This document shows, one piece after another, positions 26,432-36,192 of a stretch of 40,339 nucleotides of DNA. The notes below the pieces were generated by a model. That model did not search any database. It saw nothing but the letters and a program-made list of their open reading frames with translations, and was not told the DNA's origin. The DNA comes from Promethearchaeia archaeon (lineage in GTDB: Archaea > Asgardarchaeota > Lokiarchaeia > Sigyniarchaeales > SOKP01). Every line of letters begins with the position of its first letter. Within the stretch, counting starts at the first letter, position 1. The stretch spans positions 1-40,339 of the forward strand of contig JAHQWJ010000046.1 of the NCBI GenBank assembly GCA_029856125.1. Direction: 5' to 3'. Made by a program: the position numbers and the translations under genes.

Positions 26432-28369
26432 TTACTTCTGTATCCGTTTTGTTTTCCTCTCGTGCGCTTTTGCCAGGATAATTATAGCAATAACGGATAT
26501 CACACTAATTGTTACAAGATCAAACCCCGGAATGTTATCGCCGCCGCCTGAAGTAGTCTTATCGATGTATACTTCTACCGAACTCGAAGCCTGGTTTCCA
26601 GATGTTTCGTTGACATAAAAGGTCACGTTCACCAAAGTATTGTCCGCAAACGCAGCCCATTTAGTAACCTCAACTGCAGTAATAACAGTGAAGCTTTGAG
26701 TCAATCCTCCATTCATTGTATACCATATAGTGTTGATTGGACCCTCGTTTATTGTGTACCAGATTGTATGAATCCAAAACCCATTGACAGTGACATTAAA
26801 TAACCCGGATGTCGAGCTGAATGTGGCTAAATTAATTGGCGAGTTAATTATTATGGAGAGTTCATCGCTATCGATTTTTTGAGCGTAAATGTCACCTTGA
26901 TCAGTTGCTACTCTTTCGTCTTGCCATACTATGATCGCACCTCCTATATTGTCGCTTGTTATTTGAGGGTACCATTGATCATTTATTGCATTACAGATAA
27001 GAGTGCCATCATCATTCCATTGAGTATTTCCCACAGAATTAATTTTCTGAGCGTAGATATCATTAACCCCGAATCTTGAATCTTGCCAAGTAATGATTGC
27101 GCCTCCTGCACCATCGCTAACTAGTTGAGGGTGTAATTGATCGCTATTTGCATCACATATAAGGGTTCCATTGTCGTCCCACTGTGAAATCCCTATTGAA
27201 TTTTTCTTCTGAGCATAAATGTCATCTTGATCAGTTGCTACTCTTTCGTCGTGCCATGTGATGATTGCACCTCCCATACCATCGTTTACTATTTGAGGTG
27301 AAAATTGACGGCCTGTTGCATTACAAACAAGGGTCCAATGGGTATCCCATTGTACTGATCCCCCCGAATTGACTTTCTGAGCGTAGATATCATTAACCCC
27401 GAATCTTGAATCTTGCCAAGTAACGATTGCGCCTCCCGCACCATCGCTAACTAGTTGAGGGTCTAATTGGCTGTTATTTTCATCACATATAAGGGTTCCA
27501 TTGTCGTCCCATTGCGTAATGCCCGCAGAATCAATTCTCTGAGCGTAGATATCAAACCCGGTAGTACCTGAGTCTCTATTATCCTCCCATGTAATAATTG
27601 CGCCTCCCGCACCATCACTTACTAGTTGAGGCGATCTTTGATAGTCTATAACATTACAGATAAGAGTTCCATTGTCGTCCCATTGTGTAATGCCCGCTGA
27701 ATCAATTCTCTGAGTATAGATATCAGAAAAAGTAGTAGGGAATGTTCTCATATCTTGCCATATGATGATTGCGCCACCCACACCATCGCCTATGATTCGT
27801 TGCTCAAATTGATAATAATCGGCATTACAGATAAGAGTCCCATTATCTTCCCATTGTGTAATACCCGCTGAATTAACTTTTTGAGCGTAGATATCATCTA
27901 CAGAAGCTCCCATTCTTTCATCACTCCAAGTAATGATTACGCCTCCTGCACCATCGCTTATTAGTTGAGGGTTTGATTGATCGCCCAATGCATTACATAT
28001 AAGGGTTCCATTGGCTCCCCATTCTGCAATTCCTGCCGAATTGATTTTCTGAGCGTAAATATCAGAACCAGTAATACCTGAGTTTCTATCATCGTGCCAA
28101 GTAATGAATGCTCCTCCCGTACCATCGCTTATGACATTAGGATACCATTGCTCACTTGAAGCGAGACTGATAGCAGCACCATTGGCGGTCCATGATACGC
28201 TTTCGGATGTGTGGAGTGTATTATTCAAATTCTTATCATTTTCCGTGCTGAAAACGGATGCAAGATTCGTTAATGGCAAGCAGATCAGCATCAAAATTAC
28301 AATAGAGAAAATCAGACTTTTTTTAAAATGAATTTTATTGGATTCATTTTTAATATATTTTTCTTTCAT
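26432..28369 (-). CDS. Cell-surface protein with eight ~55-aa repeats (probable beta-propeller), an Ig-like domain and an IPGF (Loki-CTERM/PGF-like) sorting tail
   Basis: Signal peptide; repeat W..NGTLICNA...Q..PQLVSDGAGGAIITW.D.R....DIYAQKI.S.G; C-terminal GGGDNIPGF + TM + basic tail. Confidence 0.8.
   Translation of the reverse strand: MKEKYIKNESNKIHFKKSLIFSIVILMLICLPLTNLASVFSTENDKNLNNTLHTSESVSWTANGAAISLASSEQWYPNVISDGTGGAFITWHDDRNSGITGSDIYAQKINSAGIAEWGANGTLICNALGDQSNPQLISDGAGGVIITWSDERMGASVDDIYAQKVNSAGITQWEDNGTLICNADYYQFEQRIIGDGVGGAIIIWQDMRTFPTTFSDIYTQRIDSAGITQWDDNGTLICNVIDYQRSPQLVSDGAGGAIITWEDNRDSGTTGFDIYAQRIDSAGITQWDDNGTLICDENNSQLDPQLVSDGAGGAIVTWQDSRFGVNDIYAQKVNSGGSVQWDTHWTLVCNATGRQFSPQIVNDGMGGAIITWHDERVATDQDDIYAQKKNSIGISQWDDNGTLICDANSDQLHPQLVSDGAGGAIITWQDSRFGVNDIYAQKINSVGNTQWNDDGTLICNAINDQWYPQITSDNIGGAIIVWQDERVATDQGDIYAQKIDSDELSIIINSPINLATFSSTSGLFNVTVNGFWIHTIWYTINEGPINTIWYTMNGGLTQSFTVITAVEVTKWAAFADNTLVNVTFYVNETSGNQASSSVEVYIDKTTSGGGDNIPGFDLVTISVISVIAIIILAKAHERKTKRIQK
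26870..28192 (-). repeat. Intragenic tandem repeat array, 8 units of 162-171 bp
   Basis: DNA-level similarity between units; blocks recur at a 330-bp offset (for example 27047 vs 27377). Confidence 0.9.
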
Positions 28370-28651
28370 TTTATTTCCCTCACGATCTAAATTAATCGTT
28401 CTCCTCCTTTACTTACTTAAACTAGACGAAGAAATATTAACTTTAATTGATCGTGGATTTTTTTTTTAATTACAAACTTTAATAGTTAGGTCGTTCAAAC
28501 AATATAAATCTTCTTAGCAGACCAAAAATAACATTAAATGCAAATTGGAGCAGTCTTAGCATTTGATCCAGAATTTCTACATTTGAAAAAGGTATAAAAA
28601 ATTTTATATAAATTGATTAGTAAATTCAGATATTTTCTTGCCCTTACCCTG

Positions 28652-28738
28652 AGTAAAATTGAAGAAGTCGTCGGAATCCGAAACATTCAGCTTCTTCTAA
28701 TTCAATCTCAAATCTAAAGATTTATGAGATTAATATAA
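28652..28738 (+). pseudogene. Relic duplicate of the last ~29 codons of the acyl-CoA dehydrogenase (direct repeat of 26224-26313)
   Basis: Translates SKIEEVVG-IRNIQLLLIQSQI*RFMRLI*, against SKIEEVIGGARNIQLLIIQSQIQRFMRLI* in the intact gene. Confidence 0.88.
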
Positions 28739-28876
28739 ACATAATTTTTTTTTCTTTATATTTAAAATATAAAACACCAAAATACATTATAGCGTTTTAT
28801 AAATACGATTATACCTTTTCTAAAATTATTATCACCAAGAATTTAATTTACATTTAGACAATATAGTGAAGAACAC

Positions 28877-29992
28877 ATGGATAATCTGTTAAAAGGAATT
28901 GAGGAAGTATTATTAATGGGTCCCGGACCGTCTTGTGTCCATCCTGACGTTTATAAAGCTCTAAGTCGAGATACTTTAGGACATCTTGATCCCTATTTTA
29001 TCAAAATCATGGATGAAATTCAAGTTTTACTTCAAGAAGTAATGAATACCAAAAATCAATTAACCCTTCCTATATCTGGAACCGGATCAGCTGGGATGGA
29101 ATCTTGTTTTGTCAATCTTATAGAACCTAAAGATCGTGTGTTGATTTTAATAAATGGTGTGTTCGGAAAACGAATGCAAGAAGTCTCCACTCGATTAGGA
29201 GCAAATGTAGATACAATAGAATTTGATTGGGGGACCCCTATTGGGCCTGAAGTCGTAAAGGAAAAGCTTGAGAATAACACATACGAAGTGATAGCTACCG
29301 TTCACGCTGAAACTTCTACTGGAGTTCTAAACCCAATAGCAGAAATTTCGAAGCTCCTGAAAGGAAGAGATTCTCTTTTCTTAGTTGATGTAGTAACAAG
29401 TCTTGGAGGAATAGAGGTTAGTTTAGATGGATGGAATATAGATGCCTCATATAGTGGCTCGCAAAAATGTTTATCCTGCCCTCCTGGATTAGCGCCCGTA
29501 AGTTTCTCAGATAACGCATTTTCCAAGATAATGAACCGAGAGACTAAAGTCCCTAATTGGTATTTAGACATGAGTTTGATCGGCCAATACTGGCAACAAG
29601 ATAGAAAAAGAGTGTATCACCATACAGCTCCGGTCAACATGCTTTACGCGCTCTATCAATCTTTAGTACTTTTCAAGGAAGAAGGTCCATCCAATGTTTT
29701 CAAAAGGCATGTGGAATGTCATCTAAAACTAAAAGAAGGCTTGAAAGGATTAGGATTAGAAATGTTTGTAGAGGAACCATATCGATTGCCTATGCTAAAT
29801 GCAGTTACTATTCCCGATGGTGTAGACGAAGCCGAAGTTAGGAAACGACTGAGGATGGAACATAAAATCGAGATAGGCGGAGGATTAGGACCGTTAGCTG
29901 GTAAAATTTGGAGAATCGGATTAATGGGTCATACCGCAAGAATAGAAAATGTTGAACGATTATTAAAAGCACTTGATGCAATCCTAAATTAA
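28877..29992 (+). CDS. Alanine--glyoxylate/serine--pyruvate aminotransferase (class V)
   Basis: LLMGPGPS, SGTGSAGME, HAETSTGV, SGSQKCLSCPPG, YHHTAP and WRIGLMG. Confidence 0.93.
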   Translation: MDNLLKGIEEVLLMGPGPSCVHPDVYKALSRDTLGHLDPYFIKIMDEIQVLLQEVMNTKNQLTLPISGTGSAGMESCFVNLIEPKDRVLILINGVFGKRMQEVSTRLGANVDTIEFDWGTPIGPEVVKEKLENNTYEVIATVHAETSTGVLNPIAEISKLLKGRDSLFLVDVVTSLGGIEVSLDGWNIDASYSGSQKCLSCPPGLAPVSFSDNAFSKIMNRETKVPNWYLDMSLIGQYWQQDRKRVYHHTAPVNMLYALYQSLVLFKEEGPSNVFKRHVECHLKLKEGLKGLGLEMFVEEPYRLPMLNAVTIPDGVDEAEVRKRLRMEHKIEIGGGLGPLAGKIWRIGLMGHTARIENVERLLKALDAILN

Positions 29993-30073
29993 CAGAAACA
30001 GGATCGAAATAATAGTCATAGACAAATTTATACTAGACTCCCCTTTTTTTTGAATGAGACAAGTAAATCTAAT

Positions 30074-30838
30074 TTAATTAAGAAGCAAACTAATAGCAGA
30101 TGTTATTACAGATTTTAACCCAATAACTATTAGAAAACAAAACACTACAACCTGAAATTTTTTGACGGGTATTTTAGGGGTTAGCTTTTGACCAAATTTA
30201 GTGCCCAGAAAAATTATTGGAAATCCTAATATAAATAATAAAACTAAGTCATAAGGAAAAATATCTGTTATGAAATAAAATGGTAACCTCGCAATAGAAA
30301 GCGAAAATCCAATCGCAGCGAAATTTCCTATAAAATTTTCTCTATAATGACCCGTTTTCTCTAACATTGCTACATTGAGAGGTCCAGCAGCACCTATAAG
30401 GGCTCCTAACAATCCATAACTAAATCCTCCTGCATAAATTAAGGGAGAAGTAGAATTTAATCGCTTCTCATACTCAATATCATCTTTTTTTTTTAAATAC
30501 TCGTTCAATTTTATTGCCGAATAACTAAAAATAAAAATCCCAAAGATTAATTCTATCCATTCGAGTTTAATATCAATTAATAAAAAAGTGCCAAAGATGG
30601 TTGCGGGTATACCTAAAGATAAGAATCGTATAAAGTAGCCCTTGTCCAATAATTGGCGATATTTTATGAAATTTAATAAGGCAGTTAGAATACCCCATAA
30701 ATTCACCAAAATTACTGCGTTTTTAATTCCAATTATAGGAGTAATTATTGGGATTAAGATTAGAGCGTCTCCAAATCCAATTACTCCATAAATCATGCTC
30801 GAAAAAAAAATGGCAATTAATGAAAGATAGATTATCAT
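30074..30838 (-). CDS. TauE/SafE family membrane exporter
   Basis: About 8 TM segments, with GVIGFGDALILIP and a repeated GALIGAAGP. Confidence 0.8.
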   Translation of the reverse strand: MIIYLSLIAIFFSSMIYGVIGFGDALILIPIITPIIGIKNAVILVNLWGILTALLNFIKYRQLLDKGYFIRFLSLGIPATIFGTFLLIDIKLEWIELIFGIFIFSYSAIKLNEYLKKKDDIEYEKRLNSTSPLIYAGGFSYGLLGALIGAAGPLNVAMLEKTGHYRENFIGNFAAIGFSLSIARLPFYFITDIFPYDLVLLFILGFPIIFLGTKFGQKLTPKIPVKKFQVVVFCFLIVIGLKSVITSAISLLLN

Positions 30839-30922
30839 TTATTAAAAAATTCCAACATTCTGATACTTGAGAGAAAGAACCTTACATTTTACCTTTTTCT
30901 AATTTATTAATCACTGTGAAAA

Positions 30923-31666
30923 TTAAATATCATCAATTTTTTTCTGAACTGGTCCTTTTTCCTTTAGTTTTCCAAAAAGCATCTCCTTATTTTTTTCTAC
31001 AAATTTCCACCCGAAGCCAGAGAGGTCGCTTAAAGGTCCTTGAATCCCCTTAGGATTCCCGGTTCGAGTATAAGTGACTTCCGTGTGTTTTATAGCCTTA
31101 AATACTTGATAAGGCGTTTCATAACTCTCAATAAGAGATTTTGCTTTTTTAGGTCCAATATCTACAAAACCCTCTACAATAAAAGTTCTCCTTTCCTCTA
31201 TGCTCATGCTTTTAGGTGCTTTTCGAGAAAGAATTGTTGCGCTATCTTTTACCTGCTCTCGATAAGCAATTCTCTCAATTACAATCGCTGTATCGCTCAG
31301 ATTTCTGGTAGGAATAACGGATATTCCCGATTTATATGCGATTTTAGCGAGCGCACCGTATATGGATTCTATTTTCATTCCAGTGTTTTCAAATACTTTG
31401 TCATTTAAGCCCTCTAAAATTAGGATTGCCGTAGAGTACGTTTGCTTTAAGCGAAGACATTGTTCAAATAGGCGGTTGTCCATAATGGAAGAGACAAAAT
31501 CAAAACCTTCTTTCCTTTCGATCGCCACATCTTCAGTAATGACAATATCAGCAACATCAAGCTGTTTTGCTTCGAATTTAATATTAGGATGTTTTTCTTC
31601 TAATAATGCCATTAATTTTCTTTCCCTATTATCAACAATAATCTGTAATATGCTTGACTTGCTCAT
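30923..31666 (-). CDS. xpf: Short XPF/ERCC4 structure-specific endonuclease with HhH domain
   Basis: IIVDNRE, ADIVI, ERKEGFDF (ERKxxxD), RLFEQ and IGPKKA HhH; no helicase domain. Confidence 0.88.
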   Translation of the reverse strand: MSKSSILQIIVDNRERKLMALLEEKHPNIKFEAKQLDVADIVITEDVAIERKEGFDFVSSIMDNRLFEQCLRLKQTYSTAILILEGLNDKVFENTGMKIESIYGALAKIAYKSGISVIPTRNLSDTAIVIERIAYREQVKDSATILSRKAPKSMSIEERRTFIVEGFVDIGPKKAKSLIESYETPYQVFKAIKHTEVTYTRTGNPKGIQGPLSDLSGFGWKFVEKNKEMLFGKLKEKGPVQKKIDDI

Positions 31667-31769
31667 TATTATCTCAGCTGGTATTATTAAGGTGTTTTGT
31701 ATAAGATTAAATCTTCTTTGTTAATTAATAATAATTAACCTATAAAAATAAAAAATAATTCGTAAATAT

Positions 31770-32303
31770 TTAAAGGTTAAAGGGTTTCTGTTTATCCTTA
31801 AAATTTACATAATCCACATTTCGATTGAGGTAATCCCAAAGCTCTTTTACGCTAAACAGTTTATTTCCGACTAAAATCAATAGTAAAATAACAATCCCGC
31901 CAATTTCAGTTAAATAAACTAAAGGATCGTTAAATAGCTTGTAAAACCAATAAGATAAGGGATCATCAATCATTAGGAAATCGTATTCGATAAACGGAAA
32001 GAATAAGGGAACCTCAGGTAAGTCTAGTGCCAGATGCGTGACCATTCCAATTAAAAATGGGAGAGAAATGTAACTTTTTCTTTTTATTGCTATATGTAAA
32101 ATGATAAAACTTAACGCTATAAATAAGATGGTATGTGAGATTCCTCTACCAGAACCAAGGTTTAAGATTAACATTGATTTATCAATAATATCCGGGAATA
32201 ATGAGCCAATAATTAGAGCAAGTCTATTAAATTTGAACTTCTTTTTAATTATTGGCAGTTCAAAGACTATGAGTGGAATAGCTGCGTGAAATAATAGAAA
32301 AAT
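31770..32303 (-). CDS. Membrane-bound metal-dependent hydrolase (YdjM/DUF457-like), probable ATT start
   Basis: The frame extends upstream of the track start as IFLLFHAAIP...IGSLFPDIIDK...RGISHTILF...THLALD. GAGGGGT lies 7 nt before ATT 32303. Confidence 0.7.
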   Translation of the reverse strand: MFLLFHAAIPLIVFELPIIKKKFKFNRLALIIGSLFPDIIDKSMLILNLGSGRGISHTILFIALSFIILHIAIKRKSYISLPFLIGMVTHLALDLPEVPLFFPFIEYDFLMIDDPLSYWFYKLFNDPLVYLTEIGGIVILLLILVGNKLFSVKELWDYLNRNVDYVNFKDKQKPFNL

Positions 32304-32317
32304 CCTTACTACCCCTC

Positions 32318-32458
32318 TTAGAAACCATATAATAACTGGATAAAGTGAATAATTTCCGGTACGAAAAATAATAGAATTACTACAATCGCAACTTCAACAG
32401 ATAATTTTAGTGCTCGTCTTAGCAAATAAGGATAGGAAATAGGTTTTTCTTCAGTCAT
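32318..32458 (-). CDS. Small single-TM protein, 46 aa (MTEEKPISYPYLLRRALKLSVEVAIVVILLFFVPEIIHFIQLLYGF)
   Basis: Fills the gap between two co-oriented genes; ATG start and a hydrophobic helix. Confidence 0.6.
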   Translation of the reverse strand: MTEEKPISYPYLLRRALKLSVEVAIVVILLFFVPEIIHFIQLLYGF

Positions 32459-32480
32459 AATTTATATCCCTAATCTCTAT

Positions 32481-33275
32481 TTAATATTCTTTAAGAACTT
32501 CCTCAACAGTGTAATTAAGATGCACGATTTTAGAAAGGGCACTAACAATTTTGGTCGGGTCTTTTGCTTGGAAGACATTTCTTCCAAATGCTAAACCTGC
32601 GCCTCCTGCTTGTATCGAATCATGAACTAATTGAAATAATTCAGGAATTGTGTCCGTTTTAGGACCACCGGCGATAATAACAGGGACATCAACGCTCTTT
32701 ACAATGTATTTGAAAGAATCTATATCTCCCGTGTAGTTTGTTTTAACAATATCTGCTCCTAATTCAGCACCGGCTCTAACTGCAATGTTTACAACATCTG
32801 GAGCATACTCGTCAGCAATTTTTTTCCCCCTAGGGTATAACATAGCTAATAACGGTACTCCCCATTCTCTTGAGGATTCAATTACTCGTTGTGCATCTTG
32901 AAGCATTTCAGGTTCTTCGTCTGCTCCAATGTTAATATGAATCGATACACCATCAGCACCCATTTTTAACGCTCGTTCTACTGAGCATACAATTACTTTT
33001 TTATTCGGATCAGGTGCCAAGCTAGTTGCTCCAGATAAATGAATAATTAATCCAACATCTATTCCATATTGTCTGTGCCCTGCTCCAACCATTCCTGAGT
33101 GCTCAATTACGGCGTTAGCACCTCCTAAAGCAACTTTATCAACCATATCGGCTAGATTTTCCAATCCTTTAATAGTTCCTAAGGTTAAACCATGATCCAT
33201 AGGGATCATGATAGTTTTTTTGCTTTTTCTATCAAATAATCGCTCAAGTCTAATACTCTTTCCTAGGTTTGACAT
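32481..33275 (-). CDS. 2-amino-3,7-dideoxy-D-threo-hept-6-ulosonate synthase (AroA') / DhnA-type class I aldolase
   Basis: [35 protein letters not shown] (Schiff-base Lys), AGGPK and GRNVFQ. Confidence 0.85.
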   Translation of the reverse strand: MSNLGKSIRLERLFDRKSKKTIMIPMDHGLTLGTIKGLENLADMVDKVALGGANAVIEHSGMVGAGHRQYGIDVGLIIHLSGATSLAPDPNKKVIVCSVERALKMGADGVSIHINIGADEEPEMLQDAQRVIESSREWGVPLLAMLYPRGKKIADEYAPDVVNIAVRAGAELGADIVKTNYTGDIDSFKYIVKSVDVPVIIAGGPKTDTIPELFQLVHDSIQAGGAGLAFGRNVFQAKDPTKIVSALSKIVHLNYTVEEVLKEY

Positions 33276-33365
33276 AATAATAATTCAATTTGAATGATAC
33301 TTAAGTTATTGATAGTAAATGACAGTAGAAATATAAAATTATACCTCTGATGGTTTAAAATTAAT

Positions 33366-34937
33366 TCACCAAGGCCTTTTTATAGTCGTACTCCTACTCA
33401 TCTCAGACTTGTTTGGATGATCTAAATTGTAATGAATTCCACGACTTTCTTTGCGAGAGATAGCGCTTACAATTATAATTTTAGCCACTGTAGCTAAATT
33501 TCTAAGCTCAACGAGATTCTTTTCTATTTTAAAATCCCAATAATATTGATTGATTTCATCTTGTAACATGTTAATCCTTTTTTTAGCACGCTGAAGTCGC
33601 TTATTAGTGCGGACTATCCCTACGTAATTCCACATAAATCTTCTTATTTCATCCCAATTTTGCGTAATTATAACCGCTTCTGTAGATGGAACGGCATGGC
33701 CTGGTTCCCATTGCTTAAATTCTTTAATTTTTAAATTAGAAGATAATGACGCTAGGGTTTTGGCACATTCATGAGCGCTAACTACTCCTTCGAGCAGAGA
33801 GTTGCTTGCCAAACGATTCGCACCGTGAAGACCCGTACACGCAGATTCGCCTATAACGTATAGATTCTTTACTTCCGTAGATCCATCAATTCCAGCCATT
33901 ACACCTCCGCAACAGTAGTGAGCTGCAGGGACGACTGGTATAGGATCCTTGGTTATGTCAATATTAAACTTTAAACATGTATCGTATACTCCAGGAAAAT
34001 GACTTTTTATAAAATTAGGTGTTTTGTACGAGGCGATGTCCAATTGAACGTGATCATCTCCAGTTTTCTTGAGCTCAGCATCTATAGCTCTTGAAACGAT
34101 GTCTCTTGGGGCTAATTCTTTGGAAGGGTGATAGTCCTGCATGAACTCTTTACCTCGAATGTTTTTCAAAATTGCTCCTTCTCCTCGCATCGCCTCAGTA
34201 ATTAAAAAAGATTTAGCATAGGGATGATAAAGACAAGTAGGATGGAATTGATAAAATTCCATGTTCGATATAGTCGCCCCAGCACGATATGCCATTGCTA
34301 TCCCATCTCCTGACGCTATATCTGGGTTAGTAGTGTAAAGATAAATCTTACCTGCACCACCTGTTGCTAATATTGTTGCTTTCGCTGCAATATTGTGAAT
34401 GACTCCGCTTTCTAGATCTAAAACGTAAGCTCCATTACATTTGTAATTAGTGGCATATAGGTTGATCGCACACCAATGTTCTCTAATTTCTAAATTCTTT
34501 ATTTTTTTTATGTTATCTATAAGATTCTTTTCTATGAATTGGCCTGTTTGGTCGTTTACGTGAAGAATTCTTCTTTCAGAATGTCCACCTTCTTTACCTA
34601 GGTCGTAATTTCCAGTATCGTTTCTCGTGAACTGAACTCCCATTTCAATTAATTCATTTATTCTTTCTGGTGCTTGAGTTACAATTTTTCTCACTACTTT
34701 CTCATTACAAAGTCCATCTCCGGCTCTTAATGTGTCTTGAATGTGTTTCTCAAAATTGTCGCTATCACTCCAAACACTTGCGATACCACCTTGAGCATAA
34801 TACGTGCTTCCCTCTTCCAAGTTATCTTTAGCAATTAGCAATATACTATCATCTGGAGAAAGATGCGCTAATTTCTTTGCCAATGATAAACCAGCGATAC
34901 CTCCACCTATGATAAGAAAATCTGTTTTAGTATTCAA
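33366..34937 (-). CDS. nadB: L-aspartate oxidase
   Basis: GGGIAG, STYYAQGGIA, EGGHSERRILH, FYQFHPT, ITEAMRGEG, LAPRD, AAHYCCGG and HGANRLASNSLLE. Confidence 0.95.
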   Translation of the reverse strand: MNTKTDFLIIGGGIAGLSLAKKLAHLSPDDSILLIAKDNLEEGSTYYAQGGIASVWSDSDNFEKHIQDTLRAGDGLCNEKVVRKIVTQAPERINELIEMGVQFTRNDTGNYDLGKEGGHSERRILHVNDQTGQFIEKNLIDNIKKIKNLEIREHWCAINLYATNYKCNGAYVLDLESGVIHNIAAKATILATGGAGKIYLYTTNPDIASGDGIAMAYRAGATISNMEFYQFHPTCLYHPYAKSFLITEAMRGEGAILKNIRGKEFMQDYHPSKELAPRDIVSRAIDAELKKTGDDHVQLDIASYKTPNFIKSHFPGVYDTCLKFNIDITKDPIPVVPAAHYCCGGVMAGIDGSTEVKNLYVIGESACTGLHGANRLASNSLLEGVVSAHECAKTLASLSSNLKIKEFKQWEPGHAVPSTEAVIITQNWDEIRRFMWNYVGIVRTNKRLQRAKKRINMLQDEINQYYWDFKIEKNLVELRNLATVAKIIIVSAISRKESRGIHYNLDHPNKSEMSRSTTIKRPW

Positions 34938-35174
34938 AAGACTTATCTGCTTAATTCAATAATTAAAGTATTTATTATGAGATCATGACCAAATAATTAG
35001 TATAGAAAATTTGTTATTGTTTTTGAAGTTACTACTTATTAGAGGAAAGTTTAGATAAAAATTATACCAATACGAGATACTATTTACTCCTATTCGTAAT
35101 TACTTAATCGTAATTTTTTTTTAAGAATTTACATTCCTACACTTAATTTACTATCAATTTAAAATCTTAGATAA

Positions 35175-35672
35175 ATGGCAAAAATAAAAAATGTGCTTTT
35201 TTTGTGTTCAGGTAATTCTTGTCGCTCAGTTTTTGCAGAATATTATGCAAAATGGCTAAAATACACGACTTATAAAGATACATTACGGGAAATCAATTTT
35301 GATTCAGCCGGAATTCGTCATTATTTTGAAACACCGCGCGAAGGAACAATCGATTATTTAAACTCTAAAGGGATAAGCTTAGAAGGATTTATTGCTAAGG
35401 ATATAACGGAGGATCTAATAAATAAACAAGATTTAATTCTTGGATTTGAAGCTCGATATCACGTAAGAAAATTAAAGAGAAAGTTTAAACACATTGAGAA
35501 TTTAGATAAAAAAGTGTATGTGTTACTTGAATTTGCAGGTCAAGAAGACAACTGGGAGATTGAAGATCCCATTGATATGCCCACAGAAGAATACAATAAA
35601 ATTCTTCAAGTTATTGAGGCTGGTATACACAAATCTATAGATAAAATTATCGAAATAAATAAATCTGAATAA
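35175..35672 (+). CDS. Low-molecular-weight protein phosphatase (LMW-PTP/ArsC fold), copy 1
   Basis: P-loop CSGNSCRS, DSAG and EDP. Confidence 0.88.
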   Translation: MAKIKNVLFLCSGNSCRSVFAEYYAKWLKYTTYKDTLREINFDSAGIRHYFETPREGTIDYLNSKGISLEGFIAKDITEDLINKQDLILGFEARYHVRKLKRKFKHIENLDKKVYVLLEFAGQEDNWEIEDPIDMPTEEYNKILQVIEAGIHKSIDKIIEINKSE

Positions 35673-35682
35673 ATATTAACCA

Positions 35683-36168
35683 ATGAAGAAAATCTCTAAG
35701 GTTTTAATAACCTGCTTAGGAAATACAGCAAGATCTCCAGCAGCGGAATATTTAGCACGAGATTATGCTAAAAAAATGGGAGTTAATTTAATCTTTGAAA
35801 GCGCTGGTTTCATAAACGCTTTTTCATACATGCAACCCCAATCTCAAGAATACTTGAATGCTAAAGGTATAAACCATTCCGTCTTTCACCCTCAAACTAT
35901 CAATCGTAAATTGCTTGAAAAACAGGATTTGATTATAACCATGGAAGCTTCGCATGTTCAAGAAATAAGAGATAACTATCCCAGTATTGTTGATATTGAT
36001 AAAAAAACATTCACTCTAAGAGAATTTAACGGAGAAACAGAAGAATTAGACATCGTCGATCCATATTACACAAGTACTAATACTTACAAGAAAGTTCTAA
36101 GAATCATTGACGAAAATATTGAAAAAATGATAAAGAAAATAATACAAATTAATAACTCAAATTCTTAA
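35683..36168 (+). CDS. LMW protein phosphatase, copy 2
   Basis: CLGNTARS, ESAG and DPYY. Confidence 0.88.
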   Translation: MKKISKVLITCLGNTARSPAAEYLARDYAKKMGVNLIFESAGFINAFSYMQPQSQEYLNAKGINHSVFHPQTINRKLLEKQDLIITMEASHVQEIRDNYPSIVDIDKKTFTLREFNGETEELDIVDPYYTSTNTYKKVLRIIDENIEKMIKKIIQINNSNS

Positions 36169-36192
36169 TTATCCAAAAAGAGCATTTATCCT

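Noticed and set aside
26870-28192. Regularly spaced DNA repeats as a possible CRISPR array or DGR template/variable pair
   Set aside because: Units are in-frame protein repeats of 162-171 bp. No cas or reverse transcriptase gene is present, and differences are not confined to adenines.
35175-35672. Arsenate reductase arsC call from CSGNSCRS
   Set aside because: It lacks the resolving cysteines and any ars operon context.
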